A stretch of 64,000 nucleotides of DNA, from positions 11,033 through 75,032 of the forward strand of contig VMFZ01000001.1 in the NCBI GenBank assembly GCA_007376285.1. The letters are read 5' to 3'. The notes under the pieces are model-generated. The model saw only the letters and a list, made by a program, of their open reading frames with translations. It was not told the origin of the DNA and made no database searches. Of this stretch, positions 19,572 to 29,164 are shown piece by piece. Origin of the DNA: Parcubacteria group bacterium Gr01-1014_17. GTDB taxonomy: Bacteria; Patescibacteriota; Minisyncoccia; Phycocordibacterales; UBA10002. Position numbers and translations under genes: made by a program. Numbering within the stretch: the first letter of the stretch is position 1; every line of letters starts with the position of its first letter.

Positions 19572-20825
19572 TTACGGGAGGTGAAATGTTTTTAGAAATT
19601 CATTTACCGATACAATCCGCACAGTGTCGCTTGTTCGCTTTTTTATTTCAACCTTTCCAGCCGGCGTTTTCTCTGATATCACGGCGCGGAACGGAATGCC
19701 GATGAGGTCGGCATCCGCAAACTTTTCGCCGGCGCGCGCGTCGCGGTCGTCGTAAAGTGTTTCAATACCGGCTTTTTGAAGTTTTTCGTAAAGCGCATCC
19801 GCATCCTTCCCTGCTTTGCTCTTTCCTGCACCAGCGAGAGAAACAAGATGCACCGAAAATGGCGCGATACTCTCGGGCCACACAATTCCTTTTTCGTCTG
19901 AAAATAATTCAACGGCAACACCCATTGTCCGCCCCGGTCCAATACCGTAACTTCCCATAAACACGGACATCTCTTTCCCCGTCTCGTCGCGGTACTGCAA
20001 ACCAAGCGCATCGGAAAACCTCGTGCCTAGCGTAAAGATATTGCCAACTTCAACCGCCTTCTCGCGCGCAAACTGTGCGTTCCCGCACTGAGGGCATGCT
20101 GTTTGTTCTGTAATAATCTCGTCATTCACCGCAATGCGGCACTTTTCGCACAGATGTATCGCGTCTTCTCCTGCGGCGCAGATGGTCTGAAACTCGTGCG
20201 AATATTTACTAAATGAACCACCGGAGGCGAAGGTAAGAACTGTCTTTTCTCCAATCCCGATGCGCTTGAAAATAGCGTGATATGCTTTTTTTACCTGTTC
20301 GTAAAAAGGCATATGCTCGGCTTCGTTTTTGCTAAACGAATATAAGTCCTTCATCAAGAATTCTCTTCCTCGGATAATGCCGCTCCGTGCGCGCAGTTCG
20401 TTCCGAAACTTCACCTGAAATTGGTACGGATATTTCGGGAGGTCTTTATAAGAAGAAATATGGTCACGCATGAGCGCGGTCAGCGGCTCCTCGTGCGTAA
20501 ACGCAAGCCCTGTCTCCGCGCCTCCTTTGAGTTCGGTTTTGAACCACGAATCCACCGCGCGCTCGTCCCAGCGACCTGTCTTTTCCCACACCGCCTTGTC
20601 TTGCAGGGCGGAAAGAAAGAGTTCCTGTCCGCCAATCGCATTAATTTCTTCGCGAATAATTCCGATAATTTTATTCAGCACGCGAAATCCAAGCGGTAAA
20701 TATGAATACACGCCTGCCATTTCTTTATGAATAAACCCCGCGCGAATCAAAAGTTTCGCGTTTTGCGACACTTCGTCTTTCGGCGCATCACGCCGCGTCT
20801 TGGTAAAAAGAAATGATTGCTTCAT
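19572..20825 (-). CDS. proS: Prolyl-tRNA synthetase (short form)
   Basis: LLIRAGFI, THEE, FRNELR..GREFLMKDLYSF, EVGNIF, MGSYGIG. Confidence 0.95.
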   Translation of the reverse strand: MKQSFLFTKTRRDAPKDEVSQNAKLLIRAGFIHKEMAGVYSYLPLGFRVLNKIIGIIREEINAIGGQELFLSALQDKAVWEKTGRWDERAVDSWFKTELKGGAETGLAFTHEEPLTALMRDHISSYKDLPKYPYQFQVKFRNELRARSGIIRGREFLMKDLYSFSKNEAEHMPFYEQVKKAYHAIFKRIGIGEKTVLTFASGGSFSKYSHEFQTICAAGEDAIHLCEKCRIAVNDEIITEQTACPQCGNAQFAREKAVEVGNIFTLGTRFSDALGLQYRDETGKEMSVFMGSYGIGPGRTMGVAVELFSDEKGIVWPESIAPFSVHLVSLAGAGKSKAGKDADALYEKLQKAGIETLYDDRDARAGEKFADADLIGIPFRAVISEKTPAGKVEIKKRTSDTVRIVSVNEFLKTFHLP

Positions 20826-20846
20826 TTTTTACAGTATAACCTGTTT

Positions 20847-20917
20847 TGGACCATGGGAGAATCGGACTCCCGTCCCCCGGATGCAAACCGGGTGCACTAC
20901 CACTATGCTAATGGCCC
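20847..20917 (-). tRNA. tRNA-Ala(TGC)
   Basis: Cloverleaf; anticodon arm CCCGG-TTTGCAT-CCGGG; G3:U70; CCA not encoded. Confidence 0.93.
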
Positions 20918-20921
20918 TTAT

Positions 20922-21902
20922 TCACTTCCCCGCTACCGCCAAATCTAGCACATGTTCCAGAAACTCGGAAAGCGACGAACCGACGGCCGTAAGCGACTTC
21001 GGCAAGAGCGATTCGGGAGTGAGCCCAGGTAGCGTATTTACTTCAAGAAAATACATACCGCGGCGCTGGTGGAGTATAAAGTCAGAACGCGAATAATGGC
21101 GCAAACCGAGCGTTCGGTGGACATGCGCCGCCACCTTCTGCAATTCCGCGCTCTCTTCTGCCGTGAATCTTCCTGGGCAAATTTCTTGCGACTGTCCGCC
21201 GTACTTCGCATCATAATCAAAAAACTGCGAGCCCTCTGCCGGCACAATCTCAATCGGAAGCAAAGAATATAGTTCTTGTCCGCGGAATCCTTCCACCACG
21301 CCGACCGTCGCCTCTTTGCCAACAATATATTCCTCAACGAGCGCCGTGTCGGACACCGCGAACGCGCGCTCCAGCGCATCCGCAATTTCTTGTACGGTGC
21401 GCACGATTGATACGCCAACCGAGGAGCCAAGCCCCACTGGTTTTATAACCGAGGGCTGTGGAAACGAACGATGAAGCGCAACCGCGCTATCCCCCACTGT
21501 ATCTCCACGATACAAAACGCGCCACACTGGAGTTTTCACTCCATATTTCTCAAGCACTGATTTTGCAAACGATTTTTGCATCGCGAGGCGCGATGCAAAC
21601 CTACCCGAGCCGGTGTAGCGCGCGCCGAATGCGTCCAGTATCTCCTGCACACCGCCATCCTCTCCCCACTCCCCATGGAGAGCATTAAATGCAACACCGG
21701 CGTTGCGCAAAATCACTTCTGGTCGGCGCGCAAGCCCATTTTCATACCATACGCCAGCGCGGTCTATAAACACATCAAAGGGCTCAAAGCGCTCGCGCGG
21801 AATGTGCGCGAGCGCCGCGGCGCCGGTTTTAAGCGACACTTCGTATTCAGAAGACGGCCCGCCGCGCAGTACCGCGACGCGTATTTTCTCGCTCTCGTGC
21901 AT
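20922..21902 (-). CDS. ddl: D-alanine--D-alanine ligase
   Basis: GGPSSEYEVSL, LHGEWGEDG, GSSVG, YDAKY, EVNTLPG. Confidence 0.96.
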   Translation of the reverse strand: MHESEKIRVAVLRGGPSSEYEVSLKTGAAALAHIPRERFEPFDVFIDRAGVWYENGLARRPEVILRNAGVAFNALHGEWGEDGGVQEILDAFGARYTGSGRFASRLAMQKSFAKSVLEKYGVKTPVWRVLYRGDTVGDSAVALHRSFPQPSVIKPVGLGSSVGVSIVRTVQEIADALERAFAVSDTALVEEYIVGKEATVGVVEGFRGQELYSLLPIEIVPAEGSQFFDYDAKYGGQSQEICPGRFTAEESAELQKVAAHVHRTLGLRHYSRSDFILHQRRGMYFLEVNTLPGLTPESLLPKSLTAVGSSLSEFLEHVLDLAVAGK

Positions 21903-21923
21903 AGCGCCATTATACAAGAAAAA

Positions 21924-21960
21924 GGCACCCGATGTTTGCCGCCTATCAACATCGGGTGCC
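21924..21960. repeat. REP-like palindrome family A (empty form)
   Basis: ggcacccgatgtttgccgcctatcaacatcgggtgcc. Confidence 0.9.
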
Positions 21961-21984
21961 ATACCGCTATGCTACAATATATAC

Positions 21985-23151
21985 ATGCAGAACACAGTGA
22001 AAAAAGCGGGCGTGTTTTTTCCTTTCTATCTTTTGGCGTTCGTGTTTACGCTCCATGTCGCCTCCCCCGCCTATATCAATTCCACTTTTCTTTCCGGAAA
22101 AATCGGCCAGGGTTCAGTTGGTTTGATTTATGCTGGAGCATCCGCAGTAACTCTTATTGCATTTTTCTTTATCGGCTCGCTTCTCAAAAAGCGCGGCGAC
22201 TACGACTTGACGCTCACATTGATGGCGCTTGACTTTATGGCGACCATCGGGCTCGCCGCGCTCAAACACCCATACGCGATTATCGCCGCATTTGCCGTGA
22301 ACTTCATTACTATTTCCTTGATTGCCTTTGATTTTGATTTGCTTCTTGAGAGCTTTTCCAAAAACAGCCGCACGGGGACACTACGCGGCAACTACCTCAC
22401 GGTCGCAAACTTGGGATGGATCGCGGCTCCGGCGATTGCCGGACTCGCGCTTAAAAACGGCGATTATTGGCGCATCTATCTTATCTCTCTTATATTTTTG
22501 CTCGTCGCTTTCGTCATTTTCAGAAAATTCTTCAGGGGCTTTGAAGACCCCGAGTACAAAGCATTGCCATTTTTCGCTACTTTGCGCGCGATTGTGCGAA
22601 AGCGTAATATCCGGTTGATTTTCGGCGCCTCATTCGTCTTGCAATTTTTCTTCGCGCTTATGGTCATCTACACTCCACTCTACTTGCACGACTACATCGG
22701 CTTCGGCTGGCAAGACATTGGTATTATGTTTTCAATTATGCTTTTGCCCTTCCTTCTTTTGGAAGGGCCGCTCGGAAGAATTGCGGACAAGTGGCTCGGT
22801 GAGAAAGAATTCCTTGCCGCTGGGTTTGTAATCACCGCAGTCGCGACCGCGCTCATTGCATTTCTGCGTGAGCCCTCGTTTATCCTCTGGACGAGCGTGT
22901 TATTCGCGACGCGCGTCGGCGCATCAATGATAGAAGTGATGAGCGAGACCTACTTTTTCAAGAAAATAAGCGCGGGCGACGCGGATGTCGTCGCTTTCTT
23001 CCGCGCCGTGCGACCATCAGCGTATGTCGTCGCGCCTGCATTCGCGGCGCTCTTGCTCTCTTTTATTTCGCTCTCGCACCTATTCCTTGCGCTCGCCGTA
23101 ATCGTACTCGCCGGGCTTGCGTTTACGATTCCACTGAAAGATACTAAGTGA
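21985..23151 (+). CDS. MFS transporter
   Basis: About 12 hydrophobic segments; GRIADKWLGEK motif A. Confidence 0.88.
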   Translation: MQNTVKKAGVFFPFYLLAFVFTLHVASPAYINSTFLSGKIGQGSVGLIYAGASAVTLIAFFFIGSLLKKRGDYDLTLTLMALDFMATIGLAALKHPYAIIAAFAVNFITISLIAFDFDLLLESFSKNSRTGTLRGNYLTVANLGWIAAPAIAGLALKNGDYWRIYLISLIFLLVAFVIFRKFFRGFEDPEYKALPFFATLRAIVRKRNIRLIFGASFVLQFFFALMVIYTPLYLHDYIGFGWQDIGIMFSIMLLPFLLLEGPLGRIADKWLGEKEFLAAGFVITAVATALIAFLREPSFILWTSVLFATRVGASMIEVMSETYFFKKISAGDADVVAFFRAVRPSAYVVAPAFAALLLSFISLSHLFLALAVIVLAGLAFTIPLKDTK

Positions 23152-23227
23152 ACATTACTGCCACACCCCCTCTCCCCGACTATCGTCGGGGCTTCTCCCA
23201 CTTATCAAGGGGGAGATTAGGTCAGCC

Positions 23228-23264
23228 AGGCACCAGATGTCTGCAATTTAGACATCTGGTGCCT
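23228..23264. repeat. REP-like palindrome family A, loop variant 2 (empty form)
   Basis: aggcaccagatgtctgcaatttagacatctggtgcct. Confidence 0.9.
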
Positions 23265-23265
23265 T

Positions 23266-23349
23266 TTATGCAAAGTAATTGAAAAACACGAACGCTGCGG
23301 CAACTGCTACAACTATCGCGAGTCCGATTTCTAGAGTTTTCTTATTCAT
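23266..23349 (-). CDS. Putative 27-aa single-TM peptide
   Basis: MNKKTLEIGLAIVVAVAAAFVFFNYFA; -10-like GATAAT just upstream. Confidence 0.4.
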   Translation of the reverse strand: MNKKTLEIGLAIVVAVAAAFVFFNYFA

Positions 23350-23381
23350 GGCTCTATTATCTGACAGTACGACGAAATGCG

Positions 23382-23951
23382 CTACTCGCGGGTGTTGATA
23401 ACAAAATTGTATTTCTTCAGCGACTGGCGGCGCGTGCGCCAATCGGGAATGAGTTGCTCCACTAGCGCCCAAAAGGCGGACGAATGGTTATGCTCTCTGC
23501 AGTGCGCCGTTTCGTGCGCAACAATATATTCAAACAACTCGTCCGGAAGCGCGCGCAAGGAGTCGCTAAACGATAACGCACCGCGGGCAGAGCAGCTCCC
23601 AAATCGGCTCCGCATAATTCGGACTTTAAATTGCGGGGTTGGTATGTTTAGCGACCGCGCGGCGCGCTCAACAGCGTCGGCAAGTTTCTTTTCTAAAAAA
23701 CCGCGTTCTGAATAGGTTGCGGCAGGCAATGCAATCGGTTTCGGTAAGCGCGAAAAATACGAGACCGCGCGCGCGATGCGGCGCGCTCTCTCCTTAAAAA
23801 ATGTCTCAACGGCGTTTTCCGAAAACCGCGCAGGCGCGGTAACAAAAATCTCTCCGCCTGCGCGTACCATAACAGAAATCCTCCGCGCCCGCGCCGTTCT
23901 CCGGAGCGCGTACGCAAATACTCCCGCACTCGTTTGAATTTCGTACTGCAT
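23382..23951 (-). CDS. YgjP/DUF45-like (M48-type) metallopeptidase/hydrolase
   Basis: MRSRFGSCS and YIVAHETAH...NHSSAFW; start moved to 23951 because the longer ORF overlaps a tRNA. Confidence 0.88.
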   Translation of the reverse strand: MQYEIQTSAGVFAYALRRTARARRISVMVRAGGEIFVTAPARFSENAVETFFKERARRIARAVSYFSRLPKPIALPAATYSERGFLEKKLADAVERAARSLNIPTPQFKVRIMRSRFGSCSARGALSFSDSLRALPDELFEYIVAHETAHCREHNHSSAFWALVEQLIPDWRTRRQSLKKYNFVINTRE

Positions 23952-24022
23952 TCGGGCTGCCGGGAATTGAACCCGGGTCTCATGACCCCCAGCCATGAAT
24001 AATACCATTATACGACAGCCCG
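23952..24022 (-). tRNA. tRNA-Pro(GGG)
   Basis: CGGGCTG acceptor; anticodon arm CATGG-CTGGGGG-TCATG; GGTTCAATTCC T-arm. Confidence 0.93.
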
Positions 24023-24027
24023 ATAAT

Positions 24028-24879
24028 TTACCGCGAAGCGGATTTTATCCTTTCCACCGCCGATTTCAAGAGCGTTGATGGTAGGTAGCGGCTTTTCTCA
24101 TAACGAAACGGACCGGCGTTGATGCCTATCACTTCGCCTGTCAAATTTACCAAAACCGTTCCCGACAAAGACGAAGCCGCCTCGCGGTCAGTGTAAATCG
24201 CGGTAACGGATTTGTCTGGTGTTTCTTTTTGCGCCAGATTGGCGACAATGCCAGTCGCCACGGCGTTGTCTTTTTCTCCGCCGATGGAGATGACGGTCTG
24301 CCCGAGCTTCATTTTATCTGCATCGCCAAATTCCGCTGGCGTGATGTCCAGTGCCGTATTCGCAGGCGAAATTGCGGAAAAAAGCGAGATGCCGCTTTCT
24401 TCGTCAATGCCAATAAATTTAAGTTCAGCGACTGCACCGCCAGAAAGCATCGCCAAAAAACTGCGAGGAATCGCGCTCCCGTATGCGTCAAACTGCCGTT
24501 CCAGAACCCCTGCATCAGCCGCAATAAGCCCATCTTTTGAAATCACGATGCCGATTCCCACGAGCACTTCGTTGCGCTTGTCGCCGACACCCTCCACGCG
24601 CTTCACGCGTACGATGCTTTTCGCATTTTTCTCAATCGCGGCAACCGCAAGATCGTCGGAACGCACTATGACTGTTTCTTTAGTCACAATCGATGCCTTC
24701 TGGCTGTCGGCTGGAACCACGCGCTCTACCGTCTTTTCAATTACGCGATTAATGGTTTGCGTCATTGTCTTCGGCGCATCCTCCATAAGCGAAACCGTCA
24801 CGATGCCGGTCGCAATGGAAGTGACGAATGAAAGAAGAAGCGCAAGAAGTACGAGTTGCTGTTTAGTAAGACCTTCCAT
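24028..24879 (-). CDS. Membrane-anchored trypsin-like (HtrA/DegS-like) protein, probably catalytically degenerate
   Basis: GIGIVISKDGLI, FGDADKMKLGQTVISIG, LVNLTGEVIGIN; catalytic His absent and GNSGG altered. Confidence 0.75.
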   Translation of the reverse strand: MEGLTKQQLVLLALLLSFVTSIATGIVTVSLMEDAPKTMTQTINRVIEKTVERVVPADSQKASIVTKETVIVRSDDLAVAAIEKNAKSIVRVKRVEGVGDKRNEVLVGIGIVISKDGLIAADAGVLERQFDAYGSAIPRSFLAMLSGGAVAELKFIGIDEESGISLFSAISPANTALDITPAEFGDADKMKLGQTVISIGGEKDNAVATGIVANLAQKETPDKSVTAIYTDREAASSLSGTVLVNLTGEVIGINAGPFRYEKSRYLPSTLLKSAVERIKSASR

Positions 24880-24921
24880 AATTGCATATATCATACACTA
24901 TCGCCTTTTTTTCTGAAATGC

Positions 24922-24950
24922 TTGACGACTCATAAGTGCTATGCTATGCT
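24922..24950 (+). promoter_or_regulatory. Sigma70-type promoter of the response-regulator gene
   Basis: TTGACG-17-TATGCT with extended TG, then CATAGA. Confidence 0.65.
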
Positions 24951-24997
24951 TTGTCATAGAAAAACAACAGCTAACTGTTGGCTGTAGAAAGGTAAAA

Positions 24998-25384
24998 ATG
25001 TCCAAAAAAATCTTGATTATTGATGATGACCGAGAGCTTGCGGAATTGTTTGGAGGATTTTTGCAAACATTCGGCTATCCGCCTCCATGTTATGCTGGCG
25101 ACGGTCGCGAAGGATTGTTCCGCCTTGAAAGAGATGAAAGCATTTCACTGGTAATAACCGACCTTGAAATGCCAAATCTGAATGGTCAGGAGTTTATTAA
25201 CGCATGCCGGAACCTGTATCCAGATAAAAAGATCATCCTTATGAGCGGCGAGTTCTTTCCAGACGACGACCTTATCGCGACTGCAAAGCGATACAGTGCT
25301 GACGCCGTACTCCCAAAACCGTTCCTGCCGCACAAGGTCTTGGATGCGCTCACTATTGCGGGTGTTAGTCCAAAAATGTTTTAG
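24998..25384 (+). CDS. Single-domain response regulator (CheY-like)
   Basis: ILIIDDD, ITDLEMPNLNG, KPF; SD AAAGG. Confidence 0.9.
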   Translation: MSKKILIIDDDRELAELFGGFLQTFGYPPPCYAGDGREGLFRLERDESISLVITDLEMPNLNGQEFINACRNLYPDKKIILMSGEFFPDDDLIATAKRYSADAVLPKPFLPHKVLDALTIAGVSPKMF

Positions 25385-25432
25385 TGAGCGTTCCAGTGCC
25401 GAAACCAGCCGATCTCACAATCGGCTGGTTTT

Positions 25433-26260
25433 TTATTTCAACTTCGCCTCGCGGAGCACGATTTGTATTTCATTCACAATTTCGTCAAGCGAAGCGGTCG
25501 CTTTGATTAAAAAGCGGTTTGCGCCGAGCTGTTTTCCTTTATCAATATCGCTTTTCTGTCCTAGATTGGAAAGAAGAATCACCGGAAGCGCCTTGGTTTC
25601 TGGTTTTGCGCGAATCTGCCGGAGCACTTCAAACCCGTCCTGACCGGGAAGGAGAATATCAAGAAGCACTATGTCAGATTTTTCATTCCGCAGGGATTCA
25701 AACGCCTCGCCACTGTCCGTTGCATGCAAAAGTTTCGCGCCAGCGCCCGAGAGCTTGCGCACCAAAATATCATGGAGGAACGCATCGTCCTCAACCACAA
25801 GCACGGCTTTGCCGGATAGACTGTCCCCTGCTGTTGTGTCCACTTTTTTCTCTTCACTATCTATTTCCACCGTATGGCTTGCGCCCGTGCGGTCAAGCTG
25901 AAGCCGGATTTTCGCGAGTACCTCTTCTGGGCTAAACTGCGCCTTAACGATGTAATCGCGCACGCCGAGTGACAGCGCGCGGTTAATCTCTACCGGTTGT
26001 CCGGAGTTGGAAATGATAATAGTCGGAATGGAAGCAATACCTGCGTCATTCACCTTTTCTTCCAGAATTTCGTACCCGCCCATGGTCGGAAGCACGATAT
26101 CTAAAAGAAGCAAATCGGGCTTCATTTCCCGGAGCTTTTTCAAGCCCTCGCCGCCGTCGCGCGTGAGCGCGACGGTGTACCCTTCGCCTTTGAGCTTCTG
26201 GACAAGCACATCGCCCAAAAACACATCGTCTTCAATAATCAAAATTCGTTGATTCGCCAT
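25433..26260 (-). CDS. Response regulator with two tandem receiver domains
   Basis: Two IEDD/VEDD...LLDI.LP...K repeats. Confidence 0.92.
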   Translation of the reverse strand: MANQRILIIEDDVFLGDVLVQKLKGEGYTVALTRDGGEGLKKLREMKPDLLLLDIVLPTMGGYEILEEKVNDAGIASIPTIIISNSGQPVEINRALSLGVRDYIVKAQFSPEEVLAKIRLQLDRTGASHTVEIDSEEKKVDTTAGDSLSGKAVLVVEDDAFLHDILVRKLSGAGAKLLHATDSGEAFESLRNEKSDIVLLDILLPGQDGFEVLRQIRAKPETKALPVILLSNLGQKSDIDKGKQLGANRFLIKATASLDEIVNEIQIVLREAKLK

Positions 26261-26274
26261 AATAAAAATAAGAA

Positions 26275-27147
26275 TTAATGTTTAGCGGTGTTTGAAAACG
26301 GAATCGTAAAATAAAACGAGCTTCCGTGCCCCGTACCTTCGCTTTCAAACCAAATCCTGCCGCCGTGTTTCTCTACAATCGTTTTTGCAATGAAAAGCCC
26401 GAGTCCCGAGCCGTTCGTTTCTGCCTTCACGGCATTCTTTGCGCGGAAAAGCCGGTTGAAAATATATGGCTGCTGCTCCTTCGGAATCCCGATGCCGTTG
26501 TCCGCAACCGTAAACTCAATTTCTTTTTCGCGCGCCTCAACCGCGAGGCGAATAAGGCCCCCTTCCATTGTATACGCGATAGCATTCTCCAGCAAATTCT
26601 GGAACACGACACGCATGCGCTCAGGGTCTGCGGAAACAGGCGGCAGTGTTGTCGGACGCTTTTCAAAACGTATCGCAAGCTTTTTTTTATTTGCCTGCGG
26701 AAGCACTTCGTAGAGCACCTTATCAAGGAGATCCAAAAGGTTTGTCGGCGTAAACATAAACAAGAACCGACCCGATTCAATGCGGTCCGCAGAAAGCATG
26801 TCATTGATAAGAAGAATCATGCGCTCGGTGCTCTCGTACGCTTTCATTAAAAATGTTTTCTGCTCATTGCCGAGTTTGCCAAGCTCGCCACTCACGAGCA
26901 TGTCAATCGCCCATTTAATTGCGGAAAGCGGCGTGCGAAGCTGGTGCGCCGCGACCGATACGAATTCGCTCTTCAGGCGGTCAAGCTCGCGGAGCTCTTC
27001 GTTTGCGAGCGACAGCTTAAAATCGCGCTGGACAAGGCCTTTGGCGATTTTGTCCAGCTCCGCGAGTGCCCCCTTCTGCGCTTCAAGCGCCGCACGGCAT
27101 TTCGCGAGTTCTCGCCGAAGCGTTTCGTTTTCTGAAGAAGCAGTCAT
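26275..27147 (-). CDS. Soluble histidine kinase
   Basis: AAHQLRTPL H-box, NLLENAI, DNGIGI, GSGLGL; no TM. Confidence 0.94.
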   Translation of the reverse strand: MTASSENETLRRELAKCRAALEAQKGALAELDKIAKGLVQRDFKLSLANEELRELDRLKSEFVSVAAHQLRTPLSAIKWAIDMLVSGELGKLGNEQKTFLMKAYESTERMILLINDMLSADRIESGRFLFMFTPTNLLDLLDKVLYEVLPQANKKKLAIRFEKRPTTLPPVSADPERMRVVFQNLLENAIAYTMEGGLIRLAVEAREKEIEFTVADNGIGIPKEQQPYIFNRLFRAKNAVKAETNGSGLGLFIAKTIVEKHGGRIWFESEGTGHGSSFYFTIPFSNTAKH

Positions 27148-27149
27148 GT

Positions 27150-28340
27150 TTAATCACCCACGACGACAAGAGTCATTGTTTCGTTGTGGAAGTAAGCTGG
27201 TGTTCCTTTTTTACCGAGGAGCGGCCCCTGCTCGCCGTAGGTGTAAAAGCCGATCATAGGAACCTCGTTACCGATAATCGTATTCACAGCGTCGTTTTCT
27301 TCATGACAACGCACACCGAGCAACTTGTTGCGCGCCATACAGTTGAACATAAGGATGAACCGCGGAATCGCCCCTTCCAACTGCTCTTTCGCGCGCTCCG
27401 CCGCCCATTTAGCGGCACCAATCGCCTTTTCGCGGTCACCAATCATGAGGCGGATAGAAGAACCTTCCGGAATTTTTGCCGCAACCGTAATCTCGCCTTT
27501 CTCGTTAGCGACGACCGGATCGCGGATAAGGAATTCGTCACTCCCTTCAACCGCCATACCGAGAGGATAGGTGTATGCCATGCGCGCCAAGGGTTCCTTC
27601 ACGAGTTCGCTCGCCTCTTTGCCGAAATAACCTTCGTATACTGCGAGCGCCGGTTTTCCATCAATTTCTTTAATCACAGCCCCTTCCGCTTTCGTTACCT
27701 TAAGCGGCAAACCGACTGGCTCCCAACCGTGGCGTATGCCGAAGCCGTAGGAAAATTTCCCCGCCATACCAATGCCAACCACCGCATCCGTAAACACCTG
27801 GTCTCCGTAATACTCAAAGGTTTTTTTAAACAGGTAGTCGTCACCTGCCGAGCCGCCGATAATCGGAAAGTTCTCGCCTAACACCGACTGCGCGCCGCGC
27901 ACGATTTCTGCGCCATCTCCCGTCATGCCGTCCGGAATCATAAAAAAGAGTCCGATTTTCTCCTTGCCCGCGGCTTTGAGCACTGCTTTTGCCGCATCCG
28001 CCCCTGCTTTGGAACTGTTTTTTGACACTCCTTCGCCGTAGCCCGTGAAAAACCGCACGGACGGTGCAGCAGTAATTGCCATCGCATTTACTGCGTCAAA
28101 TTCGGTTGCCCATGAGGTAATTTCCCCTGCCGCGCTTCCGCCAACCACAAATGCGCCTCCCGCTGCCTTGTTCGCGCCCTTAAGCACTGCTTCTTGGTCG
28201 TATTTAATGGAAGAAAAAACAAACACAATATCCGGCTTCCGCTCCCCAAGTTTTGAAGCCGCTTCTGCGACAGCCTCGTAACCGGCATCAAAATGACTGC
28301 CGAGATTTTTTGACATGCCCACGCCTGCTTGTATTGACAT
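27150..28340 (-). CDS. FIST signal-transduction domain protein
   Basis: GGSAAGEI, IGGSAGD, HGWEPVG, NCMAR, GFYTYGE, HNET. Confidence 0.92.
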   Translation of the reverse strand: MSIQAGVGMSKNLGSHFDAGYEAVAEAASKLGERKPDIVFVFSSIKYDQEAVLKGANKAAGGAFVVGGSAAGEITSWATEFDAVNAMAITAAPSVRFFTGYGEGVSKNSSKAGADAAKAVLKAAGKEKIGLFFMIPDGMTGDGAEIVRGAQSVLGENFPIIGGSAGDDYLFKKTFEYYGDQVFTDAVVGIGMAGKFSYGFGIRHGWEPVGLPLKVTKAEGAVIKEIDGKPALAVYEGYFGKEASELVKEPLARMAYTYPLGMAVEGSDEFLIRDPVVANEKGEITVAAKIPEGSSIRLMIGDREKAIGAAKWAAERAKEQLEGAIPRFILMFNCMARNKLLGVRCHEENDAVNTIIGNEVPMIGFYTYGEQGPLLGKKGTPAYFHNETMTLVVVGD

Positions 28341-28468
28341 AAAAGAATAGAGGGATTAGAGAATAAGCAGTAGTATAACAAAAAATGGGTACGCGGGCTA
28401 CAACCATTGTGCATAAACCAAAACACACCTCATTTGCCAAACATTCGGCTTCTTTCTACAATAGAGCA

Positions 28469-29161
28469 ATGACAAACAATATAAATGAAAATGGACATTC
28501 CGTTTCGCCTCTTACAAAAGAAGACGCACAGCAAATTATTGACGCGCGAATTGAACATATAAATGCGGAATTTAAAGTCGCGTTTGAGTTGATTAAAAAT
28601 TATCCGCGTTCTGTATCCATATTCGGTTCTGCGCGAGTGGAAGAAGAGAATCCGCACTATGAACGGGCGCGGGCGCTTGCGGCGCGCATTGTGAAAGACC
28701 TCGGCTACGCGGTTATTACTGGAGGAGGCGGAGGTATTATGGAAGCAGCCAACCGTGGTGCGCGCGAGGTTGGCGGACAGTCAGTCGGGTTAAATATCCG
28801 GCTTCCGAAAGAACAGCAGAAAAACGACTATACGACCGACAGTATGGAATTTTCGTATTTTTTCGTGCGCAAAGTCGCGCTTTCGTTTGCCGCCGAAGCG
28901 TACATCTTTTTTCCAGGTGGTTTTGGAACCTTAGATGAGTTTTTCGAAATTCTGACACTCATACAAACGCACAAAATCAGACGCGTACCTATTATCCTTG
29001 TAGGCCGCGATTATTGGGAAGAACTGAACGATTTTCTTTTTAGAAATGCATACCGCACTGAACACGCGATTAGCAAAGAAGATATGGACCTCTACAAAAT
29101 CACCGACGACGATAACGAAATCATTGAAATAATCAAAAAAGTACCGATTAAACAAGGGTGA
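28469..29161 (+). CDS. LOG family nucleotide phosphoribohydrolase (Rossmann fold)
   Basis: VSIFGSAR, TGGGGGIMEAANRGA, PGGFGTLDE. Confidence 0.92.
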   Translation: MTNNINENGHSVSPLTKEDAQQIIDARIEHINAEFKVAFELIKNYPRSVSIFGSARVEEENPHYERARALAARIVKDLGYAVITGGGGGIMEAANRGAREVGGQSVGLNIRLPKEQQKNDYTTDSMEFSYFFVRKVALSFAAEAYIFFPGGFGTLDEFFEILTLIQTHKIRRVPIILVGRDYWEELNDFLFRNAYRTEHAISKEDMDLYKITDDDNEIIEIIKKVPIKQG

Positions 29162-29164
29162 TAT

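Noticed and set aside
23952-24008. ORF-track N-terminal extension of the YgjP-like gene
   Set aside because: It overlaps tRNA-Pro.
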